Made by a program: the position numbers and the translations under genes
Shown: positions 32,201 to 42,106 of the stretch, one piece after another
Layout of the letters: every line of letters starts with the position of its first letter
Position numbering within the stretch: the stretch's first letter is position 1
Assembly: GCA_046735395.1 (NCBI GenBank)
Contig: JBJKQR010000062.1
Span: 32,001-96,000, forward strand
Reading direction: 5' to 3'
Length of the DNA: 64,000 nucleotides
DNA from: Fidelibacterota bacterium
Lineage (GTDB): Bacteria > Fidelibacterota > Fidelibacteria > Fidelibacterales > DSDE01
Notes under the pieces: generated by a model
The model's input: only the letters and a program-made list of their open reading frames with translations
Databases searched by the model: none
Told to the model about the DNA's origin: nothing

Positions 32201-33110
32201 TTCCTATGGCCCCATCCTCTTTGTGGAAAAGGATCCGGACTACAGCGGGGACGCGGATCTGAGCGACATTTTCGCCGGAATTCTGGAGCGGGACTATAAT
32301 CACCTTCCCCGGCACAAGAAATTTCATGATAAAAATATCAAATTCCGTGGCCTGAGCATGCCGAACGGTATGACTATCTCAGACGAGGGCAGCATGACCT
32401 GGGTTCCCACGGATACACAGATCGACACATTCCGAATCGTCATTGAGGCCAGCGATGCCATGAGTGCAGATACCCTGAGCTTCAATCTCTTTTCCAATTC
32501 ACCGCCCACGATCGTCTCCACGGCACCGTCACTGGTGAATATCGGAGACAGCTGGACCTACCCCATTGAAGTACATGATCTGAACAAGAATCAGGCTTAT
32601 CATATCAATATCGTGGATGCACCGGATGGTGTGATACTGAAGAAGAGCACTCTGATCTGGAAACCCACAGATCGGCAGAAAGGGGATAATACCATTTCCT
32701 TCATCGTCAGCGACGGCCACCAGAATACAGCACAGACCTTCAATGTCTACGCGAATTCCGCGCCGGAAATTCTGTCAAAACCGGTTATTGTGGCTCTCAC
32801 CGGATTCGATTACAGTTATCAGATCAATGCGGATGATCCCAATGGCGATGAACTGCGTTACACGGCCGTGGATATCCCCAGATATGCAAACCTGGACACG
32901 AAAACGGGGCTGGTCACCTGGCAACCCCGCAGCAGTGAACGGGGCATTAACCGTTTCGTTATTGATATTACAGATTCCCATAATAAGACAGTACGCCATG
33001 CCTACGATGTGCAGGTTTATGAAGATCCTGCAGCAAAGAAATTCAGCCTCGCTGTTTTTCCCGTAATGGTTACTGTTGTCGGTGTCATCCTGATGGCGGC
33101 TCTGCTCTGA
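29220..33110 (+). CDS. Large surface protein with FG-GAP-like N-terminus, tandem Ig/cadherin-like repeats and C-terminal TM helix
   Basis: Signal peptide; DLDADGRPE; repeated N.P...D.N/D...G...W.P...SDG...VN units; hydrophobic C-terminus. Start at ATG 29220 (ORF opens at 29199). Confidence 0.85.
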   Translation: MIPGKHVFRFFTRLVMIAGLTISLCGPTAQAATEWQLESGNFSMTKWAYLPRISSEKTHYIVTLRASLRDGGPQALTVYALHEDGTRIETLWNYSAQEGTRTVISDFCISDLDADGRPEISAIFNIDGDKQPTWLRLFEWNGKTFSTNPVSSSNIIVDSRSQDRPGQIFFDTFENGKSAQLAILFRGSQRRAYTLSYEGSLEGAVWRTDKEFVSPKFTSGNSILFCQPIRLPQGRSSQIMFYAEDNATTLFSLMALDRSGKSQELASLLAEGKTGGVPTMVSRTSEFGPAQDRLFFSTDRKSLAMIAYTQKSGLQLEALDIQSDFAPESIIQYIPTAQDTFLLLGYNNTFAYTVYRLADNTWNLWENGRTQSSGTRLYGTAFSNESGDHLLTATASRNRIFLEVGDLRLTETAPEKPAENTADAVKIDSDLDTLAVLDKKEADIIPTAPQTEAEAAAIPAPAPTLMQDLKYKVSQYDYVFTPADTFRQNVNVGQMDPGNMQIDWKAPEGATFNIKTGDITWDIREDQLNQQIFDLKIGNKGDTSAYYWNIYINDVPRLLNKEKEFTISLHQPFSLQLQVQDRNTDPEQHFVLKDLAGATISDSGLIEWIPDENQLDVNIFSVLISDGFSVTEEKFMVYVNDPVRIVSRPSTLVLRVNQPWQYQLQVEDRNEPELFQISFTSEAVLTPFIEKIKKFLVADKISVEQEGRKRSYIDVRSNVKSIQIYDNKLYLTLARNNADIKFSEYLSGILDIDYKYIPRYAVRQLKQTQFDMSQTVAGMEINSSGAVTWKPTADDLNYQSVTLRVSDVLSEDTQTLKLYVNSPPRITSPSKAVVLNPGQLLSYKCQVEDLNENPKISYRLSKDSPPAELDYTGQLVWRVKPGQYDYSQLRIIVSDGYDEDEVLLMMYVNDPVKIVPFQPLSAEVEKVWKQDVKVQDRNKSTLYRIVVEDQSVFSNIRAQMALFLSRQAVPVTHPESADGKGREIDVRPAVKALFSYGPILFVEKDPDYSGDADLSDIFAGILERDYNHLPRHKKFHDKNIKFRGLSMPNGMTISDEGSMTWVPTDTQIDTFRIVIEASDAMSADTLSFNLFSNSPPTIVSTAPSLVNIGDSWTYPIEVHDLNKNQAYHINIVDAPDGVILKKSTLIWKPTDRQKGDNTISFIVSDGHQNTAQTFNVYANSAPEILSKPVIVALTGFDYSYQINADDPNGDELRYTAVDIPRYANLDTKTGLVTWQPRSSERGINRFVIDITDSHNKTVRHAYDVQVYEDPAAKKFSLAVFPVMVTVVGVILMAALL

Positions 33111-33122
33111 CAGGACGCCTGA

Positions 33123-34307
33123 ATGGAATCTGACAGAATTCGTCAAATCATCGAGGGATTGTGTTCCCTCCCCCATCGTGGTGCCGGCACAGCAAATGAA
33201 CTCAGGGCTGCAGAATTTCTGCGGAGTCAGATAGAAACTCCGGACCTGAATGTACACGTTGAGGAATTCCGTACAACCCGAAGTTATATCTTCGAACTGG
33301 GGTGGTTCCTGCTCCTTCTCATTGCCGTTTTCCTCTTTTTCCCCGGTCAGACCTACTTTTTCGGTGTACTGGGAATATTCCTTGTCGTCACGCTGCTGCG
33401 CTTTCTTGACTGGCATCCGGGTTTTCCGGGACATCTGCCGCCTCAGATCCGATCGCGGAACATCTATGCTCATAAGCGGCTGCATGATGACCATCCCGGC
33501 ACTCTGCGTCTTCTGATCATGGCTCATTATGACAGCGCTCCCGTATCCCGTCTCTACCTTCCGGGGCAGGTCGAGCATTTTCATCTGTCCCTCCGGCTCA
33601 ATGCCCTCGTCCTGCTGGCATCAGGCCTGTATCTGACAGGCATGATGGTCTTTGCTCATCATTTTCCCGTCCAGTGGTGGCACCTCCTGTTTCCTCTCTA
33701 CTTCCTGATTCAGATCATCCTCCTGTCCGTCGATTATATCCGTTTCGGATACACGAACGGAGCCGCGGATAATGCCAGCGGATGCGCCGCCGCCATTGAA
33801 ACGGCCCGTGATCTGTGGAAAAATCCCATTGAGGGCGTCAGCACGGAATTATTATTGACCGGAGCCGAGGAAGCAGGCATGAAAGGCGCCTTTGCCTGGA
33901 TACAGAGACATAAGAATGAACTGAAGAAATGTGATTATTTAGTTCTGAATTTTGACAATGTGGGATCCGGAACCTGCAGATTCATTACAGAAACCGGCGC
34001 TCTGAGCCGGATCGAATATACCAGTATTCTCGTACGGGCAGCGATGGAAGTGGCCGACAGCCACAGTGAGTTTTCCCACATCGGCCCCGGCAGCTGGCAT
34101 ACCGGAGATTTCGACACACTCCCCTTTTACCGTCAGGGTGTTCCCTGCCTGACGCTGTCTGCCCAGGATGAGGCCGGCCTCATCCCCCATCTCCACAGGC
34201 CGGATGATATCCCGGACAACGTGGATTATCATGTTCCCCTTCAGGCCAAGGAATTTGCGGTTCACCTGCTGCGACATCTCTTCATCAGCGATTCGGCATC
34301 AGAATGA
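33123..34307 (+). CDS. Membrane-associated M28 family metallopeptidase
   Basis: AHYDS, GAADNASG, GAEEAG, NFDNVG, HLHRPDD metal-ligand motifs with interspersed TM helices. Confidence 0.88.
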   Translation: MESDRIRQIIEGLCSLPHRGAGTANELRAAEFLRSQIETPDLNVHVEEFRTTRSYIFELGWFLLLLIAVFLFFPGQTYFFGVLGIFLVVTLLRFLDWHPGFPGHLPPQIRSRNIYAHKRLHDDHPGTLRLLIMAHYDSAPVSRLYLPGQVEHFHLSLRLNALVLLASGLYLTGMMVFAHHFPVQWWHLLFPLYFLIQIILLSVDYIRFGYTNGAADNASGCAAAIETARDLWKNPIEGVSTELLLTGAEEAGMKGAFAWIQRHKNELKKCDYLVLNFDNVGSGTCRFITETGALSRIEYTSILVRAAMEVADSHSEFSHIGPGSWHTGDFDTLPFYRQGVPCLTLSAQDEAGLIPHLHRPDDIPDNVDYHVPLQAKEFAVHLLRHLFISDSASE

Positions 34308-34924
34308 CGACACTCGGAAACCACTCGCATACCCGAATTTTAGCCATCGATTTTGAGACAACCGGGAAAGTGGATAACTATCCGGATGAACCCTGGCAAT
34401 TAGGCCTGGTTTCGATGGAAAACGGGAAAATTCAGGCAGAAAATGCCCGGGAATATTATTTTCATATCGGCGAACGTCCCTTTAACCGTTATGCTCCGGG
34501 ACGGCATGCGGAACTCCGTCCTCTGCTCCGGAAATCGGAAGCTTTTACCCGATCCTGGCCTCATTTCCGGGAATCCCTGACGGATACGCTTCTCTGTGCC
34601 CACAATGCCTCCACCGAGAGGCGGATTCTGAAAACCTATTTTCCCATTCATGATTTCGGTCCCTGGATCGACACTCTGAAACTCTCCCGCCTCGTATTTC
34701 CCGGTCTGCCGAATTATAAACTTGAAACTGTCGTGAGATCTATCGGAGCAGAAGCGAGGCTGCACAGCCTCTTTCCCGATCGGGACTTCCATGATGCGCT
34801 GTTTGATGCGGCCGCCTCGGCACTGATTCTGGAAAAATTGTTTCATGATTTCCCGGACATGAGCACTGAAGCGCTCATTTCCCCGGATATGCTGCCCTAT
34901 GTCATAAGGAGACGAAAATTATGA
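34304..34924 (+). CDS. DEDDh 3'-5' exonuclease (DnaQ-like)
   Basis: AIDFETTG, AHNA, IDTL, HDALFDA. Confidence 0.88.
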   Translation: MTTLGNHSHTRILAIDFETTGKVDNYPDEPWQLGLVSMENGKIQAENAREYYFHIGERPFNRYAPGRHAELRPLLRKSEAFTRSWPHFRESLTDTLLCAHNASTERRILKTYFPIHDFGPWIDTLKLSRLVFPGLPNYKLETVVRSIGAEARLHSLFPDRDFHDALFDAAASALILEKLFHDFPDMSTEALISPDMLPYVIRRRKL

Positions 34925-35892
34925 TGTCACCCCGGTCCTATTTCGGCGGGCCCAGCCCGCTGCAGAAGCTTGACAGAATATCCGCCCCCTTCCCCGATCT
35001 GAATCTGTGGATCAAGCGGGACGATCTGAGCCTGGCCGGCCTGGGCGGGAACAAGCTGAGAAAACTTGAGTATCTCGTCGCGGATGCCCTGAATAAAGGA
35101 TGTGACACCCTGATCACCGCGGGTGCACCCCAGAGCAATCACTGCCGTCAGACCGCAGCGGCTGCCACCATGGAAGGCCTGGACTGTCACCTGGTACTCG
35201 GCGGTGAATCACCGGCGCTGCCGACCGGCAATATTCTGCTGGATAACCTGCTCGGGGCACAGATCACCTTTACGGAAAAGCACCTGCGCGGTGATACGAT
35301 GCAGAATGTAGCGGCCGAACTTGAAAATCAGGGACGGAAGCCTTACATCATACCCATCGGGGGCAGCAACGGAATCGGCGCACAGGGTTATGTCCGGGCG
35401 GCGGAAGAGCTCGTGACACAGTTCGGTGAGAACCATATTCAGAAAGCCCGGATCATCCTCGCCAGCTCATCCGGAGGCACTCACGCCGGACTGGAATATG
35501 GATTCCGGCGTCTGAAGGCTCCCATCACCGTGGAAGGCATCCGCATCGACAAGGATGACGGCAGATCCCTCAGCTATGAATCCGATCTGGCAAATATCTG
35601 CAGAGAGCTGGATTCCATCACCGGTCGTTCTCTACAGCTGCAGGCCACCGATTTCACAGTGAATTACAGCTGCAGCAGCCGGGACTATGGCCAGCTCGGG
35701 GCGGAAGAAAAAGATGCCATTTCTCTGCTTGCCCGGGAAGAAGGTGTTCTGCTTGATCCGGTTTATACAGGCAGAGCTTTTGCCGGTTTGCTGACAAAAC
35801 TGAAATCCGGACAGTACACAAAAGATGAACATATCGTATTTCTGCATACCGGCGGAACGCCCGCACTGTTTGCCTATGCGGATCAGTTCTGA
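34921..35892 (+). CDS. D-cysteine desulfhydrase/ACC deaminase family PLP enzyme
   Basis: KRDD, GGNKLRKLEY, QSNHCR, SSSGGT, LLDPVYTG, HTGG. Confidence 0.92.
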   Translation: MMSPRSYFGGPSPLQKLDRISAPFPDLNLWIKRDDLSLAGLGGNKLRKLEYLVADALNKGCDTLITAGAPQSNHCRQTAAAATMEGLDCHLVLGGESPALPTGNILLDNLLGAQITFTEKHLRGDTMQNVAAELENQGRKPYIIPIGGSNGIGAQGYVRAAEELVTQFGENHIQKARIILASSSGGTHAGLEYGFRRLKAPITVEGIRIDKDDGRSLSYESDLANICRELDSITGRSLQLQATDFTVNYSCSSRDYGQLGAEEKDAISLLAREEGVLLDPVYTGRAFAGLLTKLKSGQYTKDEHIVFLHTGGTPALFAYADQF

Positions 35893-35975
35893 TTATGTCC
35901 CGACACTGAGCAACAATTTAGTCAAAATGTTGGCCCTTGCGAATGCGTCAGAAATTCCACATATTCTCATTGTCT

Positions 35976-37052
35976 ATGAATGAAAAGAAGAGAACGGAGA
36001 GTCGGGCTTCCATGACGGGCATGATGATTTTTGGGCTATTTCTGAGTCTGCTCTGCCCGCGACCGGCAAAAGCCGGCATTCTGGATAAACTGAAGGATTT
36101 CAACCCTGATATATTCATCACCGATACACTTGACCTGAGCGCATCGGATACCCTGGCCTGCAATTTCCGGTCCCGCATCACGGTTCTGGACCGGAGGCCC
36201 CTGAGCGGCAATATTCTGGATATTCATCAGATCAATCGGTATAAATACATCCCGGTTGATGAACTCATTTTGGTTCATCCGGCAGTAGATACACTCATCC
36301 GCTGCAGCCTTCCCGACGACAGCACTCTGACCGGAACGCTGTCCCTCGGGCATCTGCGGATCTGGTACGATGGGAAACCCTGGTTCGACAAAGGCTATAA
36401 ACTGAATGCCTACACCATTTACCGGTCTGCGAACGGAGACACAGCAAGGGACTGGCTCTGGGAAATTCCGGTTCATTTCAGGAAAAAGGAAGCCAAGGCC
36501 TCCGCCTTTCGCCGGGCCGTTGATCAGTTTACCGATAATCAGGGAAAAGCGCTGGAGTCCCTGACTGTTATCCCGCTCTACCCATTTCCCTACCGGCGCC
36601 AGCTTCAGTCCTGGGCTGAATACGGCTTTTTCGGGGATGGTTACAGCCTCAATGCCCATTTTACACTGGATTATCCGACGGATGATATGCATAATTATCG
36701 CCGCGGTTCACCCGGAGTGTTCTACCGGAAAAGCCGGCGCGCGGAAAGTATCAGCATCGGCGGCAGGCACCAGAGCTGGAATACACGGCTTTCTGATGCC
36801 TGGACATTCAGAACGGAAACAGGCCTGAGAATCGGCTTCAATAATTTTAACCGGCATTATTTTAATCATCTTGATCCCTGGGACATAATGTCAGTCATGG
36901 CTACCTGGCAAAACAGTCTCATCCGGGATCCGGCCCGGAAGCGGGGCCTGACAGCCGGCATCGGAATCATACAGATCGTCCGCGCTCTCCCCACAGTCCT
37001 GCCCGTCTGGGAAGCCGGAGTGACATTCAATATTGGAATCAAACTGCCGTGA
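35976..37052 (+). CDS. Exported hypothetical protein with beta-strand-rich C-terminal half
   Basis: Signal-like segment; ends GVTFNIGIKLP; overlaps the receptor start by 4 bp. Start uncertain (35937/35976/36012). Confidence 0.7.
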   Translation: MNEKKRTESRASMTGMMIFGLFLSLLCPRPAKAGILDKLKDFNPDIFITDTLDLSASDTLACNFRSRITVLDRRPLSGNILDIHQINRYKYIPVDELILVHPAVDTLIRCSLPDDSTLTGTLSLGHLRIWYDGKPWFDKGYKLNAYTIYRSANGDTARDWLWEIPVHFRKKEAKASAFRRAVDQFTDNQGKALESLTVIPLYPFPYRRQLQSWAEYGFFGDGYSLNAHFTLDYPTDDMHNYRRGSPGVFYRKSRRAESISIGGRHQSWNTRLSDAWTFRTETGLRIGFNNFNRHYFNHLDPWDIMSVMATWQNSLIRDPARKRGLTAGIGIIQIVRALPTVLPVWEAGVTFNIGIKLP

Positions 37053-39376
37053 AAGCCTACTCCTCATTTCGAATTTTCATCTTAATTCTGGCCAGCGTTG
37101 CCGGCGCGGGAGCCGTGAATGTTTCCGGAAAAATCGTGGATGCGCGGAGCGGCGAAAGCATCGTGGCGGCGAATGTCTTCATTCCCGGAAGCGATTACGG
37201 CGCAGCCACCGATCTGAATGGTTTTTTCGTTATCCGTAAAGTACCGGCAGGTGCCTGTACACTGAGAATCTCTCATATCGCCTACGCCGGACGGGATCTG
37301 ACCCTCAGCGTGAAAAACAGCGATCTCTATCTGGACCGAATCGAACTGGAACCGGCCGCATATCAGGGTCAGCAGGTCGAAGTCACCGCTCAGAGAAATG
37401 AGCTGGTGGAAAAGGATGTAGACATCGGCAGCTTCCAGGCAGACCCGGTGGTATTGCAGGAAATTCCCCAGCTGAATAAGGACGTATTCAGGCTTGTGCG
37501 CTTCAGCCCCGGCGTCACCACTGCAAATGCCTTTTCTCCCCAATATTTCGTACGCGGGTCGGATGCCGGCGAGAACATGGTGCTTCTGGACGGGATGACA
37601 ATCTACAATCCCCAGCACTTCATGGGTTCAGCGGCCGTATTCAATCCCTACGCCATCAAGAATATGGAAATGCTGGCCGGCGGATTCGGTGCAGAGTATG
37701 GCGGACGGAATGCCAGCATTCTGCTCATCAGTACCCGGGAAGGCCATCAGGATGAAATCCATGGCGAATTCAGGCCGGGAATTTCCGGCATGACCGGAGC
37801 CATCGAATTTCCGATAAACCGGCAGGTTACTGCCATGGTTTCGGGCCGCATGCTGACAGATCTCAGTTTTGCGGTTCTCATGGGCAGTCCCAATCTGCTC
37901 AGTGATTTCAATACAGCCATCCTCTGGAGAAGTCCGCGCCAGCAGACGCGCCTTTCGGCATTTTATGCCCGCGATTACATGGATTACAGCATTGACAACC
38001 TGCTGCTCTTTCTGCCCCAATCAGCGTTTGAGAAACTGGAGGAAGGCTTCATCACGGACACGAGAAATCATGCCATCGGCCTGAAGAACCGTCTCGTCAT
38101 CACCCCCAGCCTGCTGCTGGAAACGCACCTGTACCGGTCCGGCAGTCAGGTGGACAACCGCACTGTCTTCAGCTATCTGGTTGAGGATACGACCAGCGCC
38201 ATGAATTTCGGCCTCGACTCCCGTTCACGCATCGAAAACGGCATTCTGGATTATACCTGGAAAAATGACCTCATCTGGTATCTGCCTTTCGCCCACACGC
38301 TGCAGACCGGATTCGAAGTGAAGACACTCCGCTTCAGCAATGAAATGGGACGCTTTCAGGGCAAATCCTCCCCGGACATCTACACCGCGGACAATCAGGC
38401 CGCCTACCTGCAGGATAAAATGATCTGGAAGGGACTGACTCTCAAAACAGGCCTGCGTGTCGGACGCAGCGGCCCCGGGCAGCCCTGGCTCGGCGAACCC
38501 CGTCTGTCGGCCGCCGTGGATTTGAAAGCCTTTACGCTGAAAGCCGGCTACGGACGCTATGTGCAGTATCTCACCACCCTTGATTCAAAGAACGATGAAT
38601 TCGTCCAGTTTCTCGACTATTACAACAGCCTGAAGGATCTCGCTCCGCTCAGCAGCACGCAGGGGGCGGTCAGTGTGGAAAAAAATCTGACGCCCGAACT
38701 GTTTGCCAGCCTCACCGCCTATTCCAAGAATTTTGCCCGGCTCTACCGCAGTTCCTATTCCAATGATTTTTCCGTAAACCGTGGTATCGTACTGGAAAAG
38801 GGCGAAGGGGAAGCCTATGGGATCGAGGTTCTGCTGCGCATCGAGAAAGCGCGGCTCTCAGGTTGGATCAGCTACGCCTATAGCCGGGGACTGCGCAGAT
38901 ATCCCGGCATTCTGGGAGGCCGGACCCATATCTTTGACGGAGATCAGCCTCATAATTTTAAAAGTGTCCTGAGCTACAAGCTGACCCGGGACATCACCGC
39001 CTCCACCACCTTTGAATTCAGCAGCGGGTTTCCGCGCACCTGGGAAACGGGTATGTTTCTGAGATACGATTATGATCCGGCCGCGAATCAGCTCAACGCC
39101 TTCTCCGCATCCCTCACACCCGAAATCAACAATGTCCGTTACCCGCCCCATATCAACTGGGAAATCGGCTGGAAGAAAAAGCTGCGCAGCGGTTTCGGCT
39201 ACCAGCTGGCGGAATATCTGGGCCTTGACGAAGCCTATTTTACAACCAGTATCCGCAATCTCCTCTTCCTCTACCGCAACCCGCAATACTACTTCTACAT
39301 TCCGGAATTCGGATATTATGCATTGGGAACCAGTTATCTTCCGTCGGTCAGCGCCGGATACAGCCTGGTTTTCTGA
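37049..39376 (+). CDS. TonB-dependent receptor with N-terminal carboxypeptidase-regulatory-like domain
   Basis: VSGKIVD..SGE...ANV; plug VRGS..GEN..LLDG..IYNP.H and GGFGAEYGGR; EPRLS; GWISY; terminal Phe. Confidence 0.92.
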   Translation: MKAYSSFRIFILILASVAGAGAVNVSGKIVDARSGESIVAANVFIPGSDYGAATDLNGFFVIRKVPAGACTLRISHIAYAGRDLTLSVKNSDLYLDRIELEPAAYQGQQVEVTAQRNELVEKDVDIGSFQADPVVLQEIPQLNKDVFRLVRFSPGVTTANAFSPQYFVRGSDAGENMVLLDGMTIYNPQHFMGSAAVFNPYAIKNMEMLAGGFGAEYGGRNASILLISTREGHQDEIHGEFRPGISGMTGAIEFPINRQVTAMVSGRMLTDLSFAVLMGSPNLLSDFNTAILWRSPRQQTRLSAFYARDYMDYSIDNLLLFLPQSAFEKLEEGFITDTRNHAIGLKNRLVITPSLLLETHLYRSGSQVDNRTVFSYLVEDTTSAMNFGLDSRSRIENGILDYTWKNDLIWYLPFAHTLQTGFEVKTLRFSNEMGRFQGKSSPDIYTADNQAAYLQDKMIWKGLTLKTGLRVGRSGPGQPWLGEPRLSAAVDLKAFTLKAGYGRYVQYLTTLDSKNDEFVQFLDYYNSLKDLAPLSSTQGAVSVEKNLTPELFASLTAYSKNFARLYRSSYSNDFSVNRGIVLEKGEGEAYGIEVLLRIEKARLSGWISYAYSRGLRRYPGILGGRTHIFDGDQPHNFKSVLSYKLTRDITASTTFEFSSGFPRTWETGMFLRYDYDPAANQLNAFSASLTPEINNVRYPPHINWEIGWKKKLRSGFGYQLAEYLGLDEAYFTTSIRNLLFLYRNPQYYFYIPEFGYYALGTSYLPSVSAGYSLVF

Positions 39377-39387
39377 AGGGAGATGCC

Positions 39388-40164
39388 ATGAGTTATCATC
39401 CATTCCTGAAGTGGGTCATTGTGCTGCCCGGCCTGCTGCTCATGCTGTCCTGTTCCCTGCCCCAGGAGCCCGGCCCCATGCCCCGACAGATAGTTGACAC
39501 GCAGTACGAACCCATGCTGAATGTGTTCGGAATCCTGCGGAATGACGGAATCGCCGGTTCCTCCTTCTTTCATGTGGAGCGTTTCATCACGACGGGTGAA
39601 ATGTATTCCATGGATGCGGATGTCGTCGTCCGCAATGCGATCGTCACCGTGACAGACATAGAAACGGACAGTGTGACTCTGTTTACCATAGCAGAAGACA
39701 GCCTCCACGACGGATATTATTTCAATACGGAGTTCACAGCAGAAGCCGGCCACAGCTATCGGGCCCTCATTACTGCAGAGGGCTATCCGGACCTCAGTTC
39801 AACCCTGCCGATCCCCGCGGCTCCCATTGTTTCCTCCATAAATGCTGATCCCACCCGGTCCCTGACGGTCATAAATCTGTATCCCGACACCCTCGCTGCC
39901 GAATATGAGATACTCACTTATAGCTCCGGTGAAACCCGAAAATTCTATACTCAGCCTGATGGGGACGGGAATGTGCTATTACCCTGGACAGCATCTGCTA
40001 CGCCACCGGATTCGGCAGAGATTTATGCAACGGATGCCAATCTACGGCGTTACCGGCTCGCCTCACCCTCCATCATACCCCAGACTTTCCACGAGGACGG
40101 ATCGACGGTCGACGGCGGCCTGGGCGTAATCGGCGGCCTCAGCCGGCTGATATTACGATTCTGA
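39388..40164 (+). CDS. Lipoprotein, DUF4249-like TBDR partner
   Basis: Lipobox LMLSC; NAIVTV, G..Y, GHSY; C-terminal STVDGGLGVIG. Confidence 0.75.
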   Translation: MSYHPFLKWVIVLPGLLLMLSCSLPQEPGPMPRQIVDTQYEPMLNVFGILRNDGIAGSSFFHVERFITTGEMYSMDADVVVRNAIVTVTDIETDSVTLFTIAEDSLHDGYYFNTEFTAEAGHSYRALITAEGYPDLSSTLPIPAAPIVSSINADPTRSLTVINLYPDTLAAEYEILTYSSGETRKFYTQPDGDGNVLLPWTASATPPDSAEIYATDANLRRYRLASPSIIPQTFHEDGSTVDGGLGVIGGLSRLILRF

Positions 40165-40289
40165 AATGACTTCCTATATTTTTATCACAGGCTCAGAGCA
40201 AAGATAAAACCAATGATTTTGAAGATCCGTTTAGGACCTTCATTCAGATTAGTATTCAGAGTAAAAGAAAATTCGAAACGAAAATTGAT

Positions 40290-41060
40290 TTACAGGCTTT
40301 CCCGGCGCAGGCTGCTGCCGTCCCAGACAACCCGGTAACGATGTTCGGGAACGACCCAGTCCCCGATGACACAGCGGTATTTTCCATCGGATTCAACGAA
40401 TTCCGGAAAATGAATATGGCCCATCAGCGCCACATCGACACCTTCATCCAGCCGCTTTCCCTGCCAGACAACCATTTCATCGGCATAGGTCTGCAGAAGG
40501 GGAATACGCACCTGGTAATTCTTCCGGGAGTGGCGGGTCTGCCGAAGTCCGAGCCTCATACCGAAACGGGGCCCCAATAGGCGGAAGGCAAATACGGCCA
40601 CCGGATTCCGAAATATACGTTTCAGCAGGCGATAGCCCGTATCCGATGCCAGCAGCCCGTCCCCGTGACAGAGATAGAATTTTTTATTTTCATGACTGAA
40701 GCTGATATGATCGGGATACCAGTGAACGCCAATCCGGCGAAAACTTTTCCATGACCAGTAATCGTGATTTCCGGCAATGAAATGGACGTCCACACCCTGC
40801 TTTACCAGCGAGGCCAGATCATCCAGGATCGTCTGCAGCGCAGGATCTGCATAATGAGGATAGTCAAACCAGAAATCAAAAAAATCACCGAGTATAAACA
40901 GCGTCCCGCCCTTTCTGCGGATCTGGCTGGTCAGCGCGGCAAAGAGACGGCGCTTCTCCGTCTCCTCCTCATTCAGGGACGCACTGAAATGGACATCGGA
41001 AATAAAATAGAACGGGAGTTTTAGCTCCGCCTTGTTTTCGATATTCTCGGGATAGATCAT
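40290..41060 (-). CDS. lpxH: UDP-2,3-diacylglucosamine diphosphatase
   Basis: FISDVH, LGDFFDFW, GNHD, HGDGL, MGHIH, GDW. Start reassigned to MIYPEN. Confidence 0.85.
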   Translation of the reverse strand: MIYPENIENKAELKLPFYFISDVHFSASLNEEETEKRRLFAALTSQIRRKGGTLFILGDFFDFWFDYPHYADPALQTILDDLASLVKQGVDVHFIAGNHDYWSWKSFRRIGVHWYPDHISFSHENKKFYLCHGDGLLASDTGYRLLKRIFRNPVAVFAFRLLGPRFGMRLGLRQTRHSRKNYQVRIPLLQTYADEMVVWQGKRLDEGVDVALMGHIHFPEFVESDGKYRCVIGDWVVPEHRYRVVWDGSSLRRESL

Positions 41061-41070
41061 AGCCTGCGGA

Positions 41071-42066
41071 TTATTTTCCCAGGGTGGCGACCATGACCGC
41101 CTTGATGGTGTGAACGCGGTTTTCGGCTTCATCCCAGACCTTCGACGCGCCGGACAGAAAAACCTCATCTGTCACTTCCAGAGCCTCCAGGCCGAAGCGC
41201 TGATACATTTCCTCACCCACGTCCGTATTCCGGTCGTGAAAGGCAGGGAGACAATGGAGAAAAATGGTCTCCGGATCTCCGGTCGCAGCCATGAGCTCAG
41301 CGTTGACCTGATAAGGCTTCAACAGTTTAATCCGCTCTTCATACCGGCTTTCTTCACCCATGGAGACCCAGACGTCAGTATAAATGACCTGGGCCGCGGC
41401 AACACCTTCTTTGATGCTGTCCGTAATCGTGACGGATCCGCCCGTTTCGGCAGCTACATCCTTCGCATATTGCACAAGCTCCGTCTCAGGAAACAGGCTT
41501 TTCGGCGATACAATGCGGAAATCCATACCCATCTTCGCGGCGCCGATCATGAGGGAATTTGCCACATTATTCCGGCCATCGCCCACGTAGGCAAACCGGA
41601 TGCCCTTCACAACTCCGAACTGTTCCCTGATGGTCAGGAAATCAGCCAGAACCTGCGTCGGATGATATTTGTCAGTAAGGCCATTCCAGACCGGTACGCC
41701 GCTGTATCGCGCCAGGTCCTCAACCGTTTTGTGGGAAAATCCTCGGAACTGTATACCGTCAAACATCCGTCCCAGCACCTTGGCCGTATCCGCCACACTT
41801 TCCTTTTTGCCGAACTGTATGTCGCCCTTGCCGAGATAATCTGCATGGGCTGCTTCGTCATTCGCCGCCACCATGAAGGCGCAGCGGGTCCGGGTCGAGG
41901 GCTTTTCAAAAATCAGAGCAATATTTTTATTTTCCAGATTTCGTCCATACACGCCGGCATATTTATCCGCCTTCAGCTTTTCACTGAGACGCAGCAGAAA
42001 GCCTATTTCCTCCGGACTGAAATCCTTCAAGGTCAGAAAACTGCGGCCTTTGAGATTGACTGGCAT
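41071..42066 (-). CDS. argF: Ornithine carbamoyltransferase
   Basis: [25 protein letters not shown]. Confidence 0.95.
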   Translation of the reverse strand: MPVNLKGRSFLTLKDFSPEEIGFLLRLSEKLKADKYAGVYGRNLENKNIALIFEKPSTRTRCAFMVAANDEAAHADYLGKGDIQFGKKESVADTAKVLGRMFDGIQFRGFSHKTVEDLARYSGVPVWNGLTDKYHPTQVLADFLTIREQFGVVKGIRFAYVGDGRNNVANSLMIGAAKMGMDFRIVSPKSLFPETELVQYAKDVAAETGGSVTITDSIKEGVAAAQVIYTDVWVSMGEESRYEERIKLLKPYQVNAELMAATGDPETIFLHCLPAFHDRNTDVGEEMYQRFGLEALEVTDEVFLSGASKVWDEAENRVHTIKAVMVATLGK

Positions 42067-42106
42067 GGTGAACTCCTTTATTTAATACATTGATCGGACA
42101 GGGTTT

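Noticed and set aside
34304..34924. DEDDh nuclease as part of a defence or CRISPR system
   Set aside because: Neighbours are a peptidase and a PLP enzyme; no defence context.
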